This document shows, piece after piece, positions 13,663 to 26,844 of a DNA stretch of 64,000 nucleotides. Source of the DNA: Camelus ferus (taxonomy: Eukaryota); contig NC_045696.1 of NCBI RefSeq assembly GCF_009834535.1, positions 98,272,001 through 98,336,000 of the forward strand. Direction: 5' to 3'. Positions within the stretch are counted from its first letter, which is position 1; each line of letters opens with the position of its first letter. The position numbers and the translations under genes are program-made. A model generated the notes under the pieces. It did no database searches. It was not told where the DNA came from and was given only the letters and a program-made list of their open reading frames with translations.

Positions 13663-13816
13663 CATCCTCTATGAGGCAGCTTCAAATTTATAGCGAGGGG
13701 CGTTGCTGCTTCATGGGTTCCAGGGGCGAGGCTGTTTAGCACTCCCTCCTCCTCTGCCCCGCCCGGGAGACCCTCTTGGCCCAACCCCCTTTCCTCTCCA
13801 GATGCTGGCGGAAGTG
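13662..13816 (-). promoter_or_regulatory. Pol II core promoter of a minus-strand gene (TATA box, GC box, ETS motif)
   Basis: Minus-strand TATAAAT at 13692-13686; GGGCGGGGC (Sp/KLF) at 13764-13756; CGGAAGTG (ETS) at 13809-13816. A TSS ~30 nt downstream of the TATA would fall near 13662. Confidence 0.65.
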
Positions 13817-14199
13817 GGATGATGCCACTGTCATCCCAGAGTCATTTATTAGATCTTCGCACCTGGCCCCTGAACCCGGCATCAAGGGAGGGAGTGGAGA
13901 AACGGAGCAGGGCTGGGGATGCAGGAGCAGCCATTCACACCTAGACAGATTTTCTCTCTTTTTTTTTTTTTTTTTATCCAACTTGGAAAACTTTTAAGGA
14001 CGAATTAGGGAACTTTTCTTCCCTGGGAGTAACTCAAACTGAAAATACCGTTGTGGATCACAGCTCCATCCCATAGATTAATTTCAGGGTTGTTACAGAG
14101 TGAAAGGGTGGACGTTGATTTCCTCCTGTTGGACATGCTACTGGAGTTGCGTTTTTAAAAATACGAAAATAGATAAAGTTAAAAAGCAAAATGTGACCA

Positions 14200-15400
14200 A
14201 ATGTTTAAGGAAGAATTAGTGTAAGTTCTTTATAAACTCATCAAAAACAAAAACAAAAACAAAAACAACAACAACAAAAAAAACCCCAAAAAACAAAAAA
14301 CAAAAACCAAACCAAAAGAGGAAGTATCACTTCCCAACTCATGCTCTGAGGCCAGTATTACCCTGATACCAAAACCAGTTGAGACATCAGGAGAAAGGAA
14401 AACTGCAAATCTCCCTTATGAATGTAGATAAAAATCCTCAATAAAATGTTAGTGAATCGAATCCAGTAAGGTACTAAAAGGATTAAACACCATGACCAAG
14501 TGAGATTTATCCCAGGAATGCAAGATTAGTTTACTGAAACATCAGTTAATGGAATATACTGCATCAACAGACTGAAGGACAAAAATCACAGGATCATCTT
14601 AATAAATCAGAAGAACATTTGACAAAGTGAAAAACAACTTTTCATGATAAAAATCACTTAATAAACCAGGAATGGAAAGAAACTTCTTCAAACTGTGAAG
14701 TCTATGAAAAACTCATGTCATAACTTACTGTTGAAAGACAGTATTTTTGCATCTAAGGATCAGGAAGCAGACAAAGTTGTTGGCTTTCCGCACATCTATC
14801 GAACATTGTACTAGAAGTTCTAGCTAGGGCAATGGAACAAGAAAAAGAAATGAAAGGCGTCCAGACTAGAAAGGAAGTGAAACTATTTGTATGTGCAGAT
14901 GACATGATCTTGGATTTAGGAAATCCTAAGGAATCAATTAAAAAGCTACTAGAGCTAATAAACAAGATCAGAAAGATTTCAGGATACAAGATCAGGATTC
15001 AAAATCAGCTGTATTTCTACACACCAGCGGTGAGAAATCCAAAAATGAAATTAAGAAAAAACTGCATTTATCATAGATCAAAGAAATTGAAATAATTAGG
15101 AATAAATTTAACAAAAAGATGCAAAGCTTGTACCCTGAAAACAGAAAACATTGTTGAAAGAAATTTAATTAGACCTAAGTAAATAGAATGACATTCCATG
15201 TTCATGGAAGACAATATTGTTAAAATAACAATAATCTCCAAATAATATACAGAGTAAACACAATCCATAACAAAATCCCAACAAGCTATCTTTGAAGAAA
15301 TTAAGAAGGTGATCCTAAAATTCATAGGGAAGTGCAAGGGACCCAGAATAGCCAAAACAATCCTGAGAAAGAACAAATGTTGGAGGACTCTAACTTGCCT
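14200..15400 (+). mobile_element. L1 ORF2 (reverse transcriptase region) decayed fragment
   Basis: Translations [29 protein letters not shown] (FADD-type RT motif) and ILKFIGKCKGPRIAKTILRKN; many frameshifts; internal (CAAAAA)n at ~14243-14315. Confidence 0.92.
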
Positions 15401-15829
15401 CCTCGTATCACAGGTATTTGGAATCATTTATCACAGGACCTCTTGTAGAAAAGCAAAAAGTAAGGAAAAACAAAATTCTGGAGATCGTGAGTGATATTAG
15501 GAAATGCTCCTGTGATTATCGTTTAAGAATCAGAAGAGTTTTATATTTTTAAACCTATTTAGTGCTTTAAATCATCAGCCGTAGTCAACGCCTATACTAC
15601 ATTTCAACTTGGTTTTAGAAATGATCATAGTTTTGAGGACTGGATGTTTCTTAGAGAGTCAGCTGTTTTGGGTGAAACTTCTCAAAAGGGTGGAGTTTAC
15701 TCCTAGGGATGTTATGTCATCAGACACAAGCAGATGAGAAGGACAAGTTTCCAAGAAACTGAAGGCATCATCATTATTATTGGGCTGAATCAACTGATTA
15801 ATATATAGTTTAAACACCCAACACCTAAG

Positions 15830-16010
15830 CTGAAGCCCAGCTTTGCTGCTTGTTAGCCTGATAAGTTTACCCTCTGATATGGGTTTTTTTTAAAATATAT
15901 GGAGTACTAATATTCCCTAAGCTTTTGTCAAGATTAAGGGAAAGAGTATATATAAAAGCTTCAGATACTGTGCCTGGTACATAGCAAAGTGTTTAATAAT
16001 TGGCAGTCAT
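15830..16010 (+). mobile_element. MIR fragment
   Basis: GTGCCTGGTACATAGCAAAGTGTTTAATAATTGGCAG 3' end. Confidence 0.6.
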
Positions 16011-17340
16011 TTTTAGTGGGTAACTGGCAGTTTTCTATACTGGTCAAGGGCATAGTGGCTTTTTGATGCTTTAAAAAGAGATAAACTTCTTGATATCTTT
16101 CACCCCATTTATAAAGATGGAGAATAAATATTTACAAGGTTCTGTAACTCACCAGAGAATAAAGATATCCAATAAGCTGGTGAATGTGATAAAACTTATG
16201 GAGACTTGGAAGACTCTCAGGGAGTAAAATATATTATTCAAGTTATATTTTAACTATGAGTTAAATATTTAAAAATTATTTAAATACTTAAGAGGAAAGA
16301 GGAGAAAAGTAATAGAAATAAAGCCATTCTTAACTTTAGAGATGAAGTCAGATATAAATGAAGATGGATCAATTTAATTCTATAGAATTAATTTCACTTT
16401 CTAAAAAAAGAAACGTTACTATATTCATCAGTAAAAATGTTGATAGATAATAAGAAAGAATGAAACATTTTATTTATTATGCAAATATAATTCCCAACTA
16501 GAAAGTTGTGATATGTGAGTGGTTTAACTCTGTGAACATCATTGTTAATAAACATTCAAAAAATAGATCATGCTCTGTACAGAGGAACTGACATACATAA
16601 GAAATGCATCAATTTCCTAAACATTTAACTTTAAGAGAAGGAGATTTTATATAATGAATGCTGAAAAATGAAGGTACTGAGAAATGAAATATCTGAGAAG
16701 AACAAGGTAGATATTTAGAATGCAAAGAGGATATATTTTGACTGATGTAAAGAACTCAACAGATTTTCATATTAAAAATTCTAGAAAAATGGGTGGTATT
16801 TGTAAAATTGTGTTTAAATTTAACTGGCTGAGGAAAGATAAGGAGATTAGGCTGTCCCAATTTTATTTAAATTTCCATTGTCTTCAGAATACAACCCAAA
16901 TATTTTCCACCAAATTTCTTATTTTGGTTCAATTTTGGTAAGTGGTCCCTTCTTTACTATCAATAGTTTATTCATACAATCATGCTGGCAGTCCTTTACT
17001 AACTACAGAGGTCATGATAACAGGCTGTCCACTTTGCCTGATGCCTGTCTGGCATCCTGCCACTTTGTGAACACCCCTACTGGCTCAGGGCACACTCCCG
17101 CCCTGCTCACTGAGCTGCATGATTCCTGGTCCAAGCAGAAGGCTCCTCCCTAATCAGTGAAAGGCGTGTCTATGACAGAGGGGAGATGTTTATAGCTGAT
17201 CTGAGCTGCCTTGGTTAGAGACAACTAATCAATGAAGCTGCTTCTAGCCCATTTTGAATCTTCAACGTGACCCTGCAGTCCAAATAATTTCTTACACATA
17301 AGCAAATTATACCTAAAAAAGTAAAACTTGATGCACTCAC

Positions 17341-17585
17341 CTGCAGCTCCTGGATTGCTAACAGCTGTCTTCTTGTCAGGATTTCATCTACACTAGTTTT
17401 CGTGCTGGAAGAGGCATTCACTGAGTAGTCCAGATTTGGCTGGCTTGAAAGCCACTTATTAGCAAGACTTGAGCAATTTTTTTGGCAAGGGGAGATGAAG
17501 TATGAATATTGAAGCAAAGCCATCGGCACTCATCTGTACCACTTGGAGTTCAGTGGTGGAGGCATGACTGGGTTGAAGATATCCT
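17341..17585 (-). other. candidate exon (61-codon frame MALLQYSY...AIQELQ from ATG 17523 to the donor)
   Basis: Strong donor CAG|GTGAGT at 17341/17340, open frame from CCGATGG, weak acceptor TATTTCAG| at 17585; no repeat recognised here. Confidence 0.3.
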
Positions 17586-18799
17586 CTGAAATAGCAGATT
17601 TTTTTCCCCTTGAATTAAGTGCCGTCTTTTCCAGTACAAAAGTCCAATGTTAATCTTATACTTATCCTTATAGGATTGTTTTAATTTAAAGCGCTTTTTC
17701 ACATGGCTATTGGTATAAAAAAATAACAATGACAAATTCAGGTTTCTTTGGCTGACTCTGCCTGTACTCACACTTTCTGTTTGGTTTGTAATCCATGGTC
17801 TTTCTACATGAACTCATGCTGCTAGTTGCTCATTAAATTGTTCTTGCCTAAGTACTTCCTGATCAATTCTATTATTATTTATTCTTTTCTTTCCTAGTAT
17901 TGATGTTAACTGCTTGGTAATTTCCTGGATCTCCCCTTTGGCACATCTTAAAAGATTAGAATAGTTATTATTATAATTTTTTTCTTGAATCTTTCTGCAG
18001 CCAGTCCACCATTCTCTGTTTTCTGCATTTTTATGACTTACCCATCTACAAAATGTAAATCTAGTATTGATATAAGACAAATATCTTATTGTGAGGATAA
18101 TATTCTCAACTATTTCTTAGCAAAGAGATTTCTATTTCACTAAAATATACTTTGAAAATACTAAGTAAGAAACAAAATTAGAGGGTAACATAAGCACTGA
18201 CAGCTAAATATAGCTTTACGAGCAACTTATTTGGCTTTTCCTGAATGAAAAAAATTTAAAAGTCAAATTTTAAAAATTAGTTACTTAAATATGCAAATAA
18301 AATACTATTTTATTCAGTATTATTTAACCACGAGCAACGTATGTTGTCGCTTTAAATATTCCTTTACTATTTGACTTTTTCAACTATTGCTTATTAATAT
18401 AGTGTAGATATAAGCCAGTTTTTGGCCTTTAGTCACTGAAGAGACACAACTAATTAATCAAAGCACTGACAATGACTACTACCTGCATTAGGCATGGGGA
18501 TGTATAAGACACAGCCCCAGAAAATGAGATGTTCACAATCGAGTGAGGTAAGAGTAGTAGGAATGCATAATACTGTGTTTAAATAGTACAGATATGCTCA
18601 GAGAATACAAAAAAGGCAATAATTAAATCAGATAGCTGCAAATTGGAAAAAGTTCCCATACCAGAGGTATTTGAGCCATGCCTTGAAAGTTAGGGTATTC
18701 TAAATGGAGGTCACTACATGTGCAGATGGCACTATGACAGTGTGCCTTTTCCAATACAGGTAGAAGGGAAATTTGATGGTTCTTTGTTTAACCTTGATC

Positions 18800-18928
18800 T
18801 CTTCTGCTGGACTGGACTACCTCAGCAAGCAGAGACCCTGCTGCTTTTATTCACTGCTGTGTCCATAGTCTGGCATAACACGTGGTACACAGTATATGCT
18901 CAATAAATATTTGTTGAAGGAACGAATG
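18800..18928 (+). mobile_element. L2 3' end
   Basis: TTCACTGCTGTGTCC...GCTCAATAAATATTTGTTGAAGGAACGAATG. Confidence 0.75.
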
Positions 18929-19210
18929 GAGGTAAGGACAAGATTGTGAAAAGCTAGGTTCAAGTGTTTGGATTTATCCTATGGTTAATGAGAGTTACAG
19001 GGGTCCTTGAGCAAGGAGTCCTATGACCCTATTTATTGTGGAAGAAGATGAAAAGTAATTCTGTAGAAGTATAGAGGATAAATCCAAATGGGACCAGACT
19101 GCAGGCTCATTGAGTGAGAAATTCCAGACAAGACACGAAGAGGCCTTATCAGAGAAGAAGGAGCTTTTCCAGGAAAGGCATCCTGAAACCTTGACTGGAG
19201 GGAGTTTAAG

Positions 19211-19516
19211 TAGGCATATGCAGACTTTTTCTGTAAAGGACCAGACAGTAAATATTTCAGGCTTTTTGGGCTCTACTGTCTTTGTGGTAACTACTTAGCT
19301 CTGCCTCTGAGGCACAAAGGTAGCTACAGACAAGTAGATGTGGCTATGTTCTAATGACATTTTTGTTTATGGACACTGATGTTCTAATTTCATATAATTT
19401 TTGTATGTCAAAAAATCCTTTCTTTTGATTTTTTAAATTATTGAAAAATGTGAAAACTAATCTAAACTCATGGGCTATATTGAAAATGGGGAGCAGGCTG
19501 TGGTTTGCCATCCTTG
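19211..19516 (+). mobile_element. MER58B-like hAT-Charlie DNA transposon
   Basis: ACTTTTTCTGTAAAGGACCAGACAGTAAATATTTCAGGC...GTGGTTTGCCATCCTTG. Confidence 0.8.
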
Positions 19517-22004
19517 GTTTAGAGAAAAGTAGGGTGTTAAGTGTCAGATGAAGACTATGAGCCTAAAAATATCACTGAATCTTGCAAATAGGAGGTAGTT
19601 AATGATCCGGCAGAAGTGGTTTCAGTAGGGTGGAGGGGCAAAAACCCTATTGTGATAGGTTGGGGGATAATTAGGACATCAGTAGAGTAAATTTAGAGGC
19701 TTTATTAACAAGGTTGGCAAGGAAGAAAAGACAGAATTAAGGTGATACTTTAAGGGAAAGACAATGTCTAGAGAGGTTTTTTGTTTTGTTTCCTCATTTT
19801 TGGGTTTAGGCAATTTGATCATTTTTTGGAGGTAAAGGAGCTATATAAAAAAAGAAGAGAGATTATCAATTTAGGAGAGAAGAGATCATTGGCAGAACAA
19901 CATCCCTTGGAAGACAGGAGGATGTAGGGTTCCGTGCACACATACCTTTGGTTGAAGTTGGACTACCCCACCCTATCCTGTTCTGTGATCCCTATTTGGA
20001 ATGGTGCTTTTGAAATAGCTTCTAAGATGAATAACAGGAATTCTAATTGATGCCTTAAAATAATCTTGTCTGACAGATAAGTCTGGTGTTATACTCTACA
20101 CTTTACAGATGAAGAACCCAAGGGTCAAGAGTTAAATGTATCCAAAGACTTCTAGCTAACAGATAGCAGCTTAGAATGTAGACATGCTAATTCTTGCTCC
20201 AGTTCTCTTCCATTCCATTGTATTCTGCTTCCTTTCCTACTTCTAAGGGAATTTACAACATACAAGAGAATTTAGTGGTGATATTTTACATAAGCTTTGA
20301 ACGAAACATTCATTTATTGACTAGTATTTAGAGATCTTTTGATTTAAGGGCTTATGTTAACATGGGGCTATATCCCTGGTAGTTTTCCATTCTGGAAGCC
20401 TAAAGTAAATGTATATTGATTTCTTTTATAATTAGAGTTTTGTTTCAGATTCTAATTGTTAAGATCCTTCAGGAAACTTGAATTACAACTCATAGATACG
20501 TAACTGTATTTAGGTAATTCAGATATATATGCATAGGACCTGCTCTGCTGACATCATTTGTAGGACAGTTGACATGGCATGGCTATCTCTCAGTCTTAGA
20601 AAGCCACTAGACAGATAGCAGGCAAATGGATAATTCCTGAGGGTGAGAAAAATTTGCCAAAAACTTAGGGATGTTTGTAAATAATTGAAAAATTATGGAG
20701 ACTGTTTAACCTATGCTGAAATAATTTTAATATTAACCACATCAAAAGTTCCATCTTTTTTCCCACTACTTTCAAAATAATTGAGGAGTATTGTGGAGAT
20801 ATAATCTAAGAATAGTGAGGGAGCACAAGCAGTGATGTTTAAAGACTAAATTCTACCTGCAGTTTGAATTTTTCTAGGGCTTCCGTAGATCCATAGCGGT
20901 TTAGAGACAATGCTACGTCATCTGACAAAGAAGTAGCTGTTTCCTTTGGCTAGTCCCCCCAGTCCCTCCTGGCCAGTGTAACAGTTCCTCCCATGATTGC
21001 ATCAATTCCTAAACCCTTCAACTCTGTGAGTCCTTAATGTGTGCTAAGCAGGAGGGGCAAGGAGGCTCTGGGGAAAGTCATTTAAAAGGAAAAATGAACA
21101 AGCGTAAAAACAGTTAATGCATGTGGAAATATTTTAGGTCACGAGAAAAATATGTTGGGAAAAAGAGTTTGCCAGAGGAAGGAAGTCTTCATACAGCTTC
21201 AGAACACATTTCATTTAAAAACAGAGAAAAAATTAAAGAAAATTGACAGAAAAGGATAATATTCAAATTCACTAAATTATTATTTAAATATTTCTCATTA
21301 CTTATTATAAGTGACATCTCCAACATGCTTGTATGTGACAGAAAAATAATGCCAAGATGTAACGGAACTTTTCTAAATTTCAAGGAATAGGAATCAAATA
21401 TGTTGTATTAAGACTGGATTATTCTTAGAAATAATTCTAAATTATTTCTCAGCTTTAATTAGGATACTATTTTAAGTTACGTTGAATTTCATTAGGGCTT
21501 TTCCCTCCTGCTCCAGGCCATATCCCTGAGGACATCACTCTCTCATTACTAACCTTGACCCTTACCCTGATAAACCCCTGAGTGCAGAGTCACCCAGAAT
21601 CCAATTTTATATATTTTTTTACATACAGATATTATTTTAATTATTACTTAATGATGTTTCCATACACTAACTCTTCTCTGTTGAGATCAAATCATGCAGT
21701 TATATTTTCTATGCTATATTTCCTTCCAAAGGCAGATGGTTGGCACACGTGTTCTGGGACAAATTGTTTTCATCAATAGAGAAACATGTAAATGTCTTTT
21801 CTAAAGAGGTTTCAGAAACAAAATGTTTTGGATTTTTCCTTCTAATTTATTCTATCTGGTGAGTGCTATAATTAAAGATTAGGAACCAAAGGAAATTATT
21901 TGAAAGTTCCTGGAAAGGAATTATCTGCCTAATTACCAAGAAGGCTCCTCATTGTAAAACTCAAAATTTTCAAGTAAAAGAGACTCTGGTAAGAATTTAA
22001 AAAA

Positions 22005-22975
22005 TATTTTTATTGTGAAACATTATATGCATATAGGAAAAAATACACAGAATAAATGTATACTGTGGTAAATAATTCTAAAGCAAATATCCACAGTAAA
22101 CACTATCTGTTATAGACTGAATTGTGTCCTCCCAAAATTCCTATGTTGAAACCCTAGCCTCACCGTGTGACTGTATTTGGAGACAGGGCCTCCAAGGAGA
22201 TAATAAAGGTTAAGTGAGATCCTAAGAGCGGGCCTTAGTCTTACTGGACTGGTGTCCTCATGAGAAGAGGAGGAGGCACAAGAGAGCTTTCTCCCGCCCC
22301 ACGGGCACGCAGAGGAAAGGCCACACGAGGACGAGGACGCGCAGGGCAGCCAGCCAGCTGAAAGCCAGGAAGCAAGGTCTCAGTAAGCGAGGGCACCTTG
22401 GTCTTGGTCTTGGTCTCACAGCCTCCAGAGCTGTGAGAAAAGACATGTCTACTCTTCAAGCCACTGAGAGTCTGGTTCTTGTTGCGGCAGCCCTAGACTA
22501 CAACACCATCCAGAGTGGGTAACAGAACATGGCCAGGATGTCAGAGCCCCCACGTGTCTCTTTTCTGTCACTTTCTTTTTAGAGGTCACCACTGTGCTGA
22601 CCTTTATGATAATCATCTCCTTCTTTTTATTTACACTTTTATTTTTATGTACGAGTGTATTTCTAAACAATATAGATTTTAAGCTTCATAGAGATAGACC
22701 TATACTGTTAATGTATTTGTCTCTATCTTGCTACTTTTGCTCAACATATTGTTAGTAAGAATTTTATGTGTTTCTATGCATAGCTCTAGTCTGTTCACTT
22801 TAGCGTATGTCATTGTGTGAATAGACGTACCACATGAATTCTATGGTGGATAGACACTTGGGTTGACATTTTGGCTATCATGGGTATTGCTGGAATGAAC
22901 ATCCCTGTACATGGCTCCACTTACATACACATTTCTCCAGGGTATATACCTGGAGTAGAATAGCTGGATTATAGG
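22005..22975 (-). mobile_element. L1ME-like 3' fragment split by the MLT1
   Basis: GATAGACACTTGGGTTG, GAACATCCCTGTACATG, GGTATATACCTGGAGTAGAATAGCTGG motifs. Confidence 0.7.
22108..22505 (+). mobile_element. MLT1 (MLT1B-like) MaLR solo LTR inserted into an L1ME fragment
   Basis: TGTTATAGACTGAATTGTGTCCTCCCAAAATTC start, ...ACA end, near-TSD CTATC/CCATC. Confidence 0.85.
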
Positions 22976-23269
22976 GCTGTTAAAAGAATAATTTTCAAGT
23001 ATAAATTGTTTTAGAAATGTAACTTCATCCTTCTATTCTTCACTCCAGAACACAGGATCATGCCTTGTAGCAGAGGAAAAAGTCAACGAGCATAAGCTTT
23101 ACATTGGTCATTTGTAATAGCTTTGTAACAACCATTCTCTGAGGAAATAAATTCAAGTGTTTTTTTCTTTTCATGCTGTTGTCACTTGGTGAACCCAAAG
23201 AACATCCTGTTTACTTTTCCAATCCCTATCTTAAATCTAAAGGGCACTTAGCTATTCTGGAAGGCTGAT

Positions 23270-23782
23270 TACCTTCATCCGCACCCCTACATCTCTACAC
23301 CTCCTGAGCCCATTCTCTCTCCTTCTCTATTTCTTAGCAGGCTGACTCCCACTGAGGTTATTTCCTGATCTTCTTGCTGGTTGATTTCTGGTTGGATTTG
23401 GGCTGTAGGAGATTGGGTCTAGATTCTGGTTCTGGCATCGTGTTGGGTTTGGCTAATAGGAGGCAAAGGCAGGAGATCCGAGGGGTGAACGGTTAGAGTA
23501 TTTCTTCCTGGCTCCTTCCCAGCTGTAACATTGAGTCTCTAGCAGTACTTCCACTCCTCCATGTGTCTAGTTCCTTCTGGGAGGCTCATTCTTGGCTCCT
23601 GTTTTCACTGGCTTCCAGGACCACCATTTCGTCCACTAGTCTCTTTAGTCCTAGGGGTGGTAATGGCTTCTCACTATTGAGTGTCTCTAAGCACCTTACT
23701 GTACCTTATTTATTCTATAAGGCTTTGAAAGTCTTTACTGATCCTTCTGGGGTGACTTCTTACTGGGACTCTGCCTGATGCC
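23270..23782 (+). mobile_element. LTR33-like ERVL LTR
   Basis: CCTAGGGGTGGTAATGGCTTC and GGGTTTGGCTAATAGGAGGCA...GCAGGAGATC motifs. Confidence 0.6.
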
Positions 23783-26089
23783 TGGGTTTTGAATTTCTAT
23801 GAGGTAGAAATTGCAAGTGTTTCTTTAAGTACAATGTCTATTCAAATTTTCTGAATAGTTGTCACATTTTATTTTAGGTTTAAGAAGAAAAATATTGCTA
23901 AAAATGAAAACCTCGATCCAAATATAAAAAGAGATATAAAAAACTGACTAGTGTAATTGGAAAATTAGGCAATGTGCCTGAAAGTAAACTAAAATATGCG
24001 GCACATGAACTAATCCAGGATCACAAATTGGAGCCCATATGCCTTGTCTGCAACTTGGTGACTAGTCAAATCATTCCTCTTTTTCTAAATCTCTAATATT
24101 CAAGGGTTTCTTATTTACCTCAATATTACAAGTATGTTTAAGAGGCTCTTCTTTAAGATCAATTATGCTATTCCCCTGCATTTTATCTGACTTCCTTTCG
24201 TTCTAGTCTCTGCACAGAGTACAGTGTACTCATAAATGTGGTAACAAGGCTGGATCTCTAAAAGAACTAGGAATTTCAGCATTTCACCTGGCTGTAGGTT
24301 ATACCTCTATTTTCCAACACCTAATCTTAGAAGAAGAAAACAGGCACAACCTTTCCATAATCCCTGCTCTGTCAAGCTCTGTACAGTGTATGATCCCAGT
24401 GTAGCTTTTATAAGCATTGTTGCCACACATGTCTCTAAGCATGGCAAAGGTTCCTCATCTACACTGGGTACACACCTGTGTTGGCTAAGCTATTTTTGTC
24501 TTGAGTATTTTGATTTTATCAAACTCCAGCCCCAGTGACTATAGGACTTACTTTTTTTAAGTTGTACAGTTTAATTTGAACATTAAATATAAAAAGCAGT
24601 CTTTCTCTAGAACCATTTGTATTATTTTTGAATGTACAAGCATGGACTATTTAAGCACAAGCACCCAAACACCCAAAAGTTCCACATTTATACAAGGAAG
24701 AAAAATTAAAAATAATGAGCTACATATTCAATTGACCCTAGTATTACTCTTGGATAAGTGTAAGTGGCAAACATTTTATTTGTTGAAATATTTTAGTTGG
24801 CTACTGTGAATACATAAATCTTTGTATGTATCTAAAATAATATAAGAAATCTTGGTGTATTATTTCTAAGGAAAAGGAGGGGTAATATTGCCAATGATAT
24901 TCCTATAGCTCAGAACAGTGCCTGGCACAGTGTAGATGCTCGATAAAGATTAAATGTTGTTGCTGTTGAGAGAGCCAAATGTCATCCATTCACTGAAGAA
25001 TCCATTCTGATTCTTCATATCAGTCAAATGTTCATTATCATATAAGCCTCATTTGCTATCCTAGCCATTCTGTTGCTTATAGCTTTAGTGTTTTGCGTAC
25101 AGTATAAAGATGAACTCCTATGGAATATGCTGCATTTGAGGCCAGTTCCCAACCACAAAGATGCTGTTTGTACTGCTTAATAGCCTCTGAAATCAGTATG
25201 AGACTAATGTACGGTTAATAATTTTACAACTGTCCTCTCCTAACATACAGCATAAGGCTTTTAAATAAAGATAACAAGTTTAAATATAATTTGCGTCAAC
25301 ACATTACGGTAACATTTGTACCTAGGGAAAAGAAAAGAATGGAACAGGGTTTAATGCACACTGCAGAGCAAGTAGATGCTTAGCATTACTTTGACATTGC
25401 AGTGTCTTTATAGTTTCCAGAATTAACTATTTTTCCTTTTCTATTAACTTTTAATTACTTAAAGTTCTTAAATAAGTGAAATTTCTGAGGATTTGGAATG
25501 AATCTGTTGTTTTGTGTGTGTGTGTGTGTGCGCATACACATAAACTATATAGGTACATAAGTAGTTATATATACTCTTTTAAAGTTACGTAGTTACTGAT
25601 TCTGGCTTCTGAGCATTGGCTATGTTTTAATTGAATGTGTTCAAGACTTGGAAAAATACAAGATGAGACCAGTTAATATTGTGGAAAAAACCAGTGCTAA
25701 GGTAGGGTGCCAAAACAAAAAATAGGGTATAAGTAATATTAACAATAGAAGGAGCAAGTTTAGCAGTACCCAGTCAACATTTCCAGGTGAATTGGTTAAA
25801 GTTCTTGGGTGCTTTAGAGCTGGGTAACAAGAAAGTGTGCATAGAAAAACATTTAGCACAGTCTGGAGCATGGAAAGAGTTCAGTGCATTATTAGCAACA
25901 TCCATCTCTCCTCTCCTAGGGGGACAATATCCCATCTATGTGGTGTGTTGTAATTCACCCACACATTCTTTAAAGCTTCCCTGTTGAGTAAAATTTGTAT
26001 AGATTTCTCTTTTCTCACTGCAGACTCAGAGAAGCATGTGGAAAGTGCCCTGTGAAGGCACACTGATTTATCAGATTCTTAGAGGTGTA

Positions 26090-26238
26090 GAGAGCTGTGA
26101 AGAACTTGGAGTGCCCTCTCATTGCATAGATGAGGAAAGTGAAGCCAGAGTAGTTAAGCAACTCATCCAGATTCACTTGCTGCTGATGAAACCAGCACCA
26201 GAAATCAAATCTCCTAACTCCCTATTCAGTGCTCTATA
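26090..26238 (-). mobile_element. MIR fragment
   Basis: CATTGCATAGATGAGGAAAGTGAAGCCAGAG. Confidence 0.65.
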
Positions 26239-26402
26239 ATTTAGCACTCATCAATGATGAATTAAATTTAAAAGCGTTGTGATTGGTCAGGGGAAAAAGA
26301 CTCCACTATTCTTAGGAGTTTTAATCCCCAAACTGATGCTTATATGGATTATTAGGGTACAAATGTCTTTCACACCAGAAAAAAAAAAAAAAGCACTAAA
26401 TG

Positions 26403-26844
26403 TGTAGGGTCAGGGCACTCAGGGTGGGTGTTCCCTTGCTCTCTATACATCCTCTGCTTGAATAGACTAGTACCTGCTTCACCTGTACCCTATTCACAGG
26501 ACTAACCTTCCTACATACTTGCCCCTGCCCCAGCTGGTGATCTCATCAAAGGGGTGATGAGGGGCTTGACCCTCTGCTGGTTTCCCTGTAACTGATGAGC
26601 CAACCTGATGTCAACCCCCCCTGTAACTACTCACCTCTCCCTGCCCCTGGGAGCAAAGACTGTGGCCATGTCCTGCCCGCCAGCCACTGCATGTGGTGGG
26701 GAGTTGCTCCAGGACCTTCTTCAGACCTGTAAGATCCCCCTGTCCATTAAGTCATTGATGTCACTCTCATTGACTTCGGGCTCTTTCTTTGGTCTTGAGG
26801 CTCGGCAAGTACAGGCCTTTCAGCCTGCGGGGTGCAGCCCAGCA
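26403..26844 (+). mobile_element. intact 442-bp solo LTR
   Basis: TG...CA termini flanked by a perfect 5-bp TSD AAATG (26398-26402, 26845-26849); GC-richer than its flanks; orientation is tentative. Confidence 0.75.

Larger units (their letters stand above)
12910..13880. promoter_or_regulatory. CpG island
   Basis: Abrupt GC- and CpG-dense stretch (e.g. GGGCGCGCCGCCTCCGCGTTCCGG around 13500) in an otherwise CpG-depleted AT-rich window; boundaries estimated by eye. Confidence 0.9.

Noticed and set aside
12161..13997. Dense ORF cluster around the CpG island
   Set aside because: High GC content lowers stop-codon frequency; the ORFs overlap on both strands and several lack ATG starts.
14832..15494. 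Functional reverse transcriptase
   Set aside because: Short frameshifted fragments of a dead L1 ORF2.
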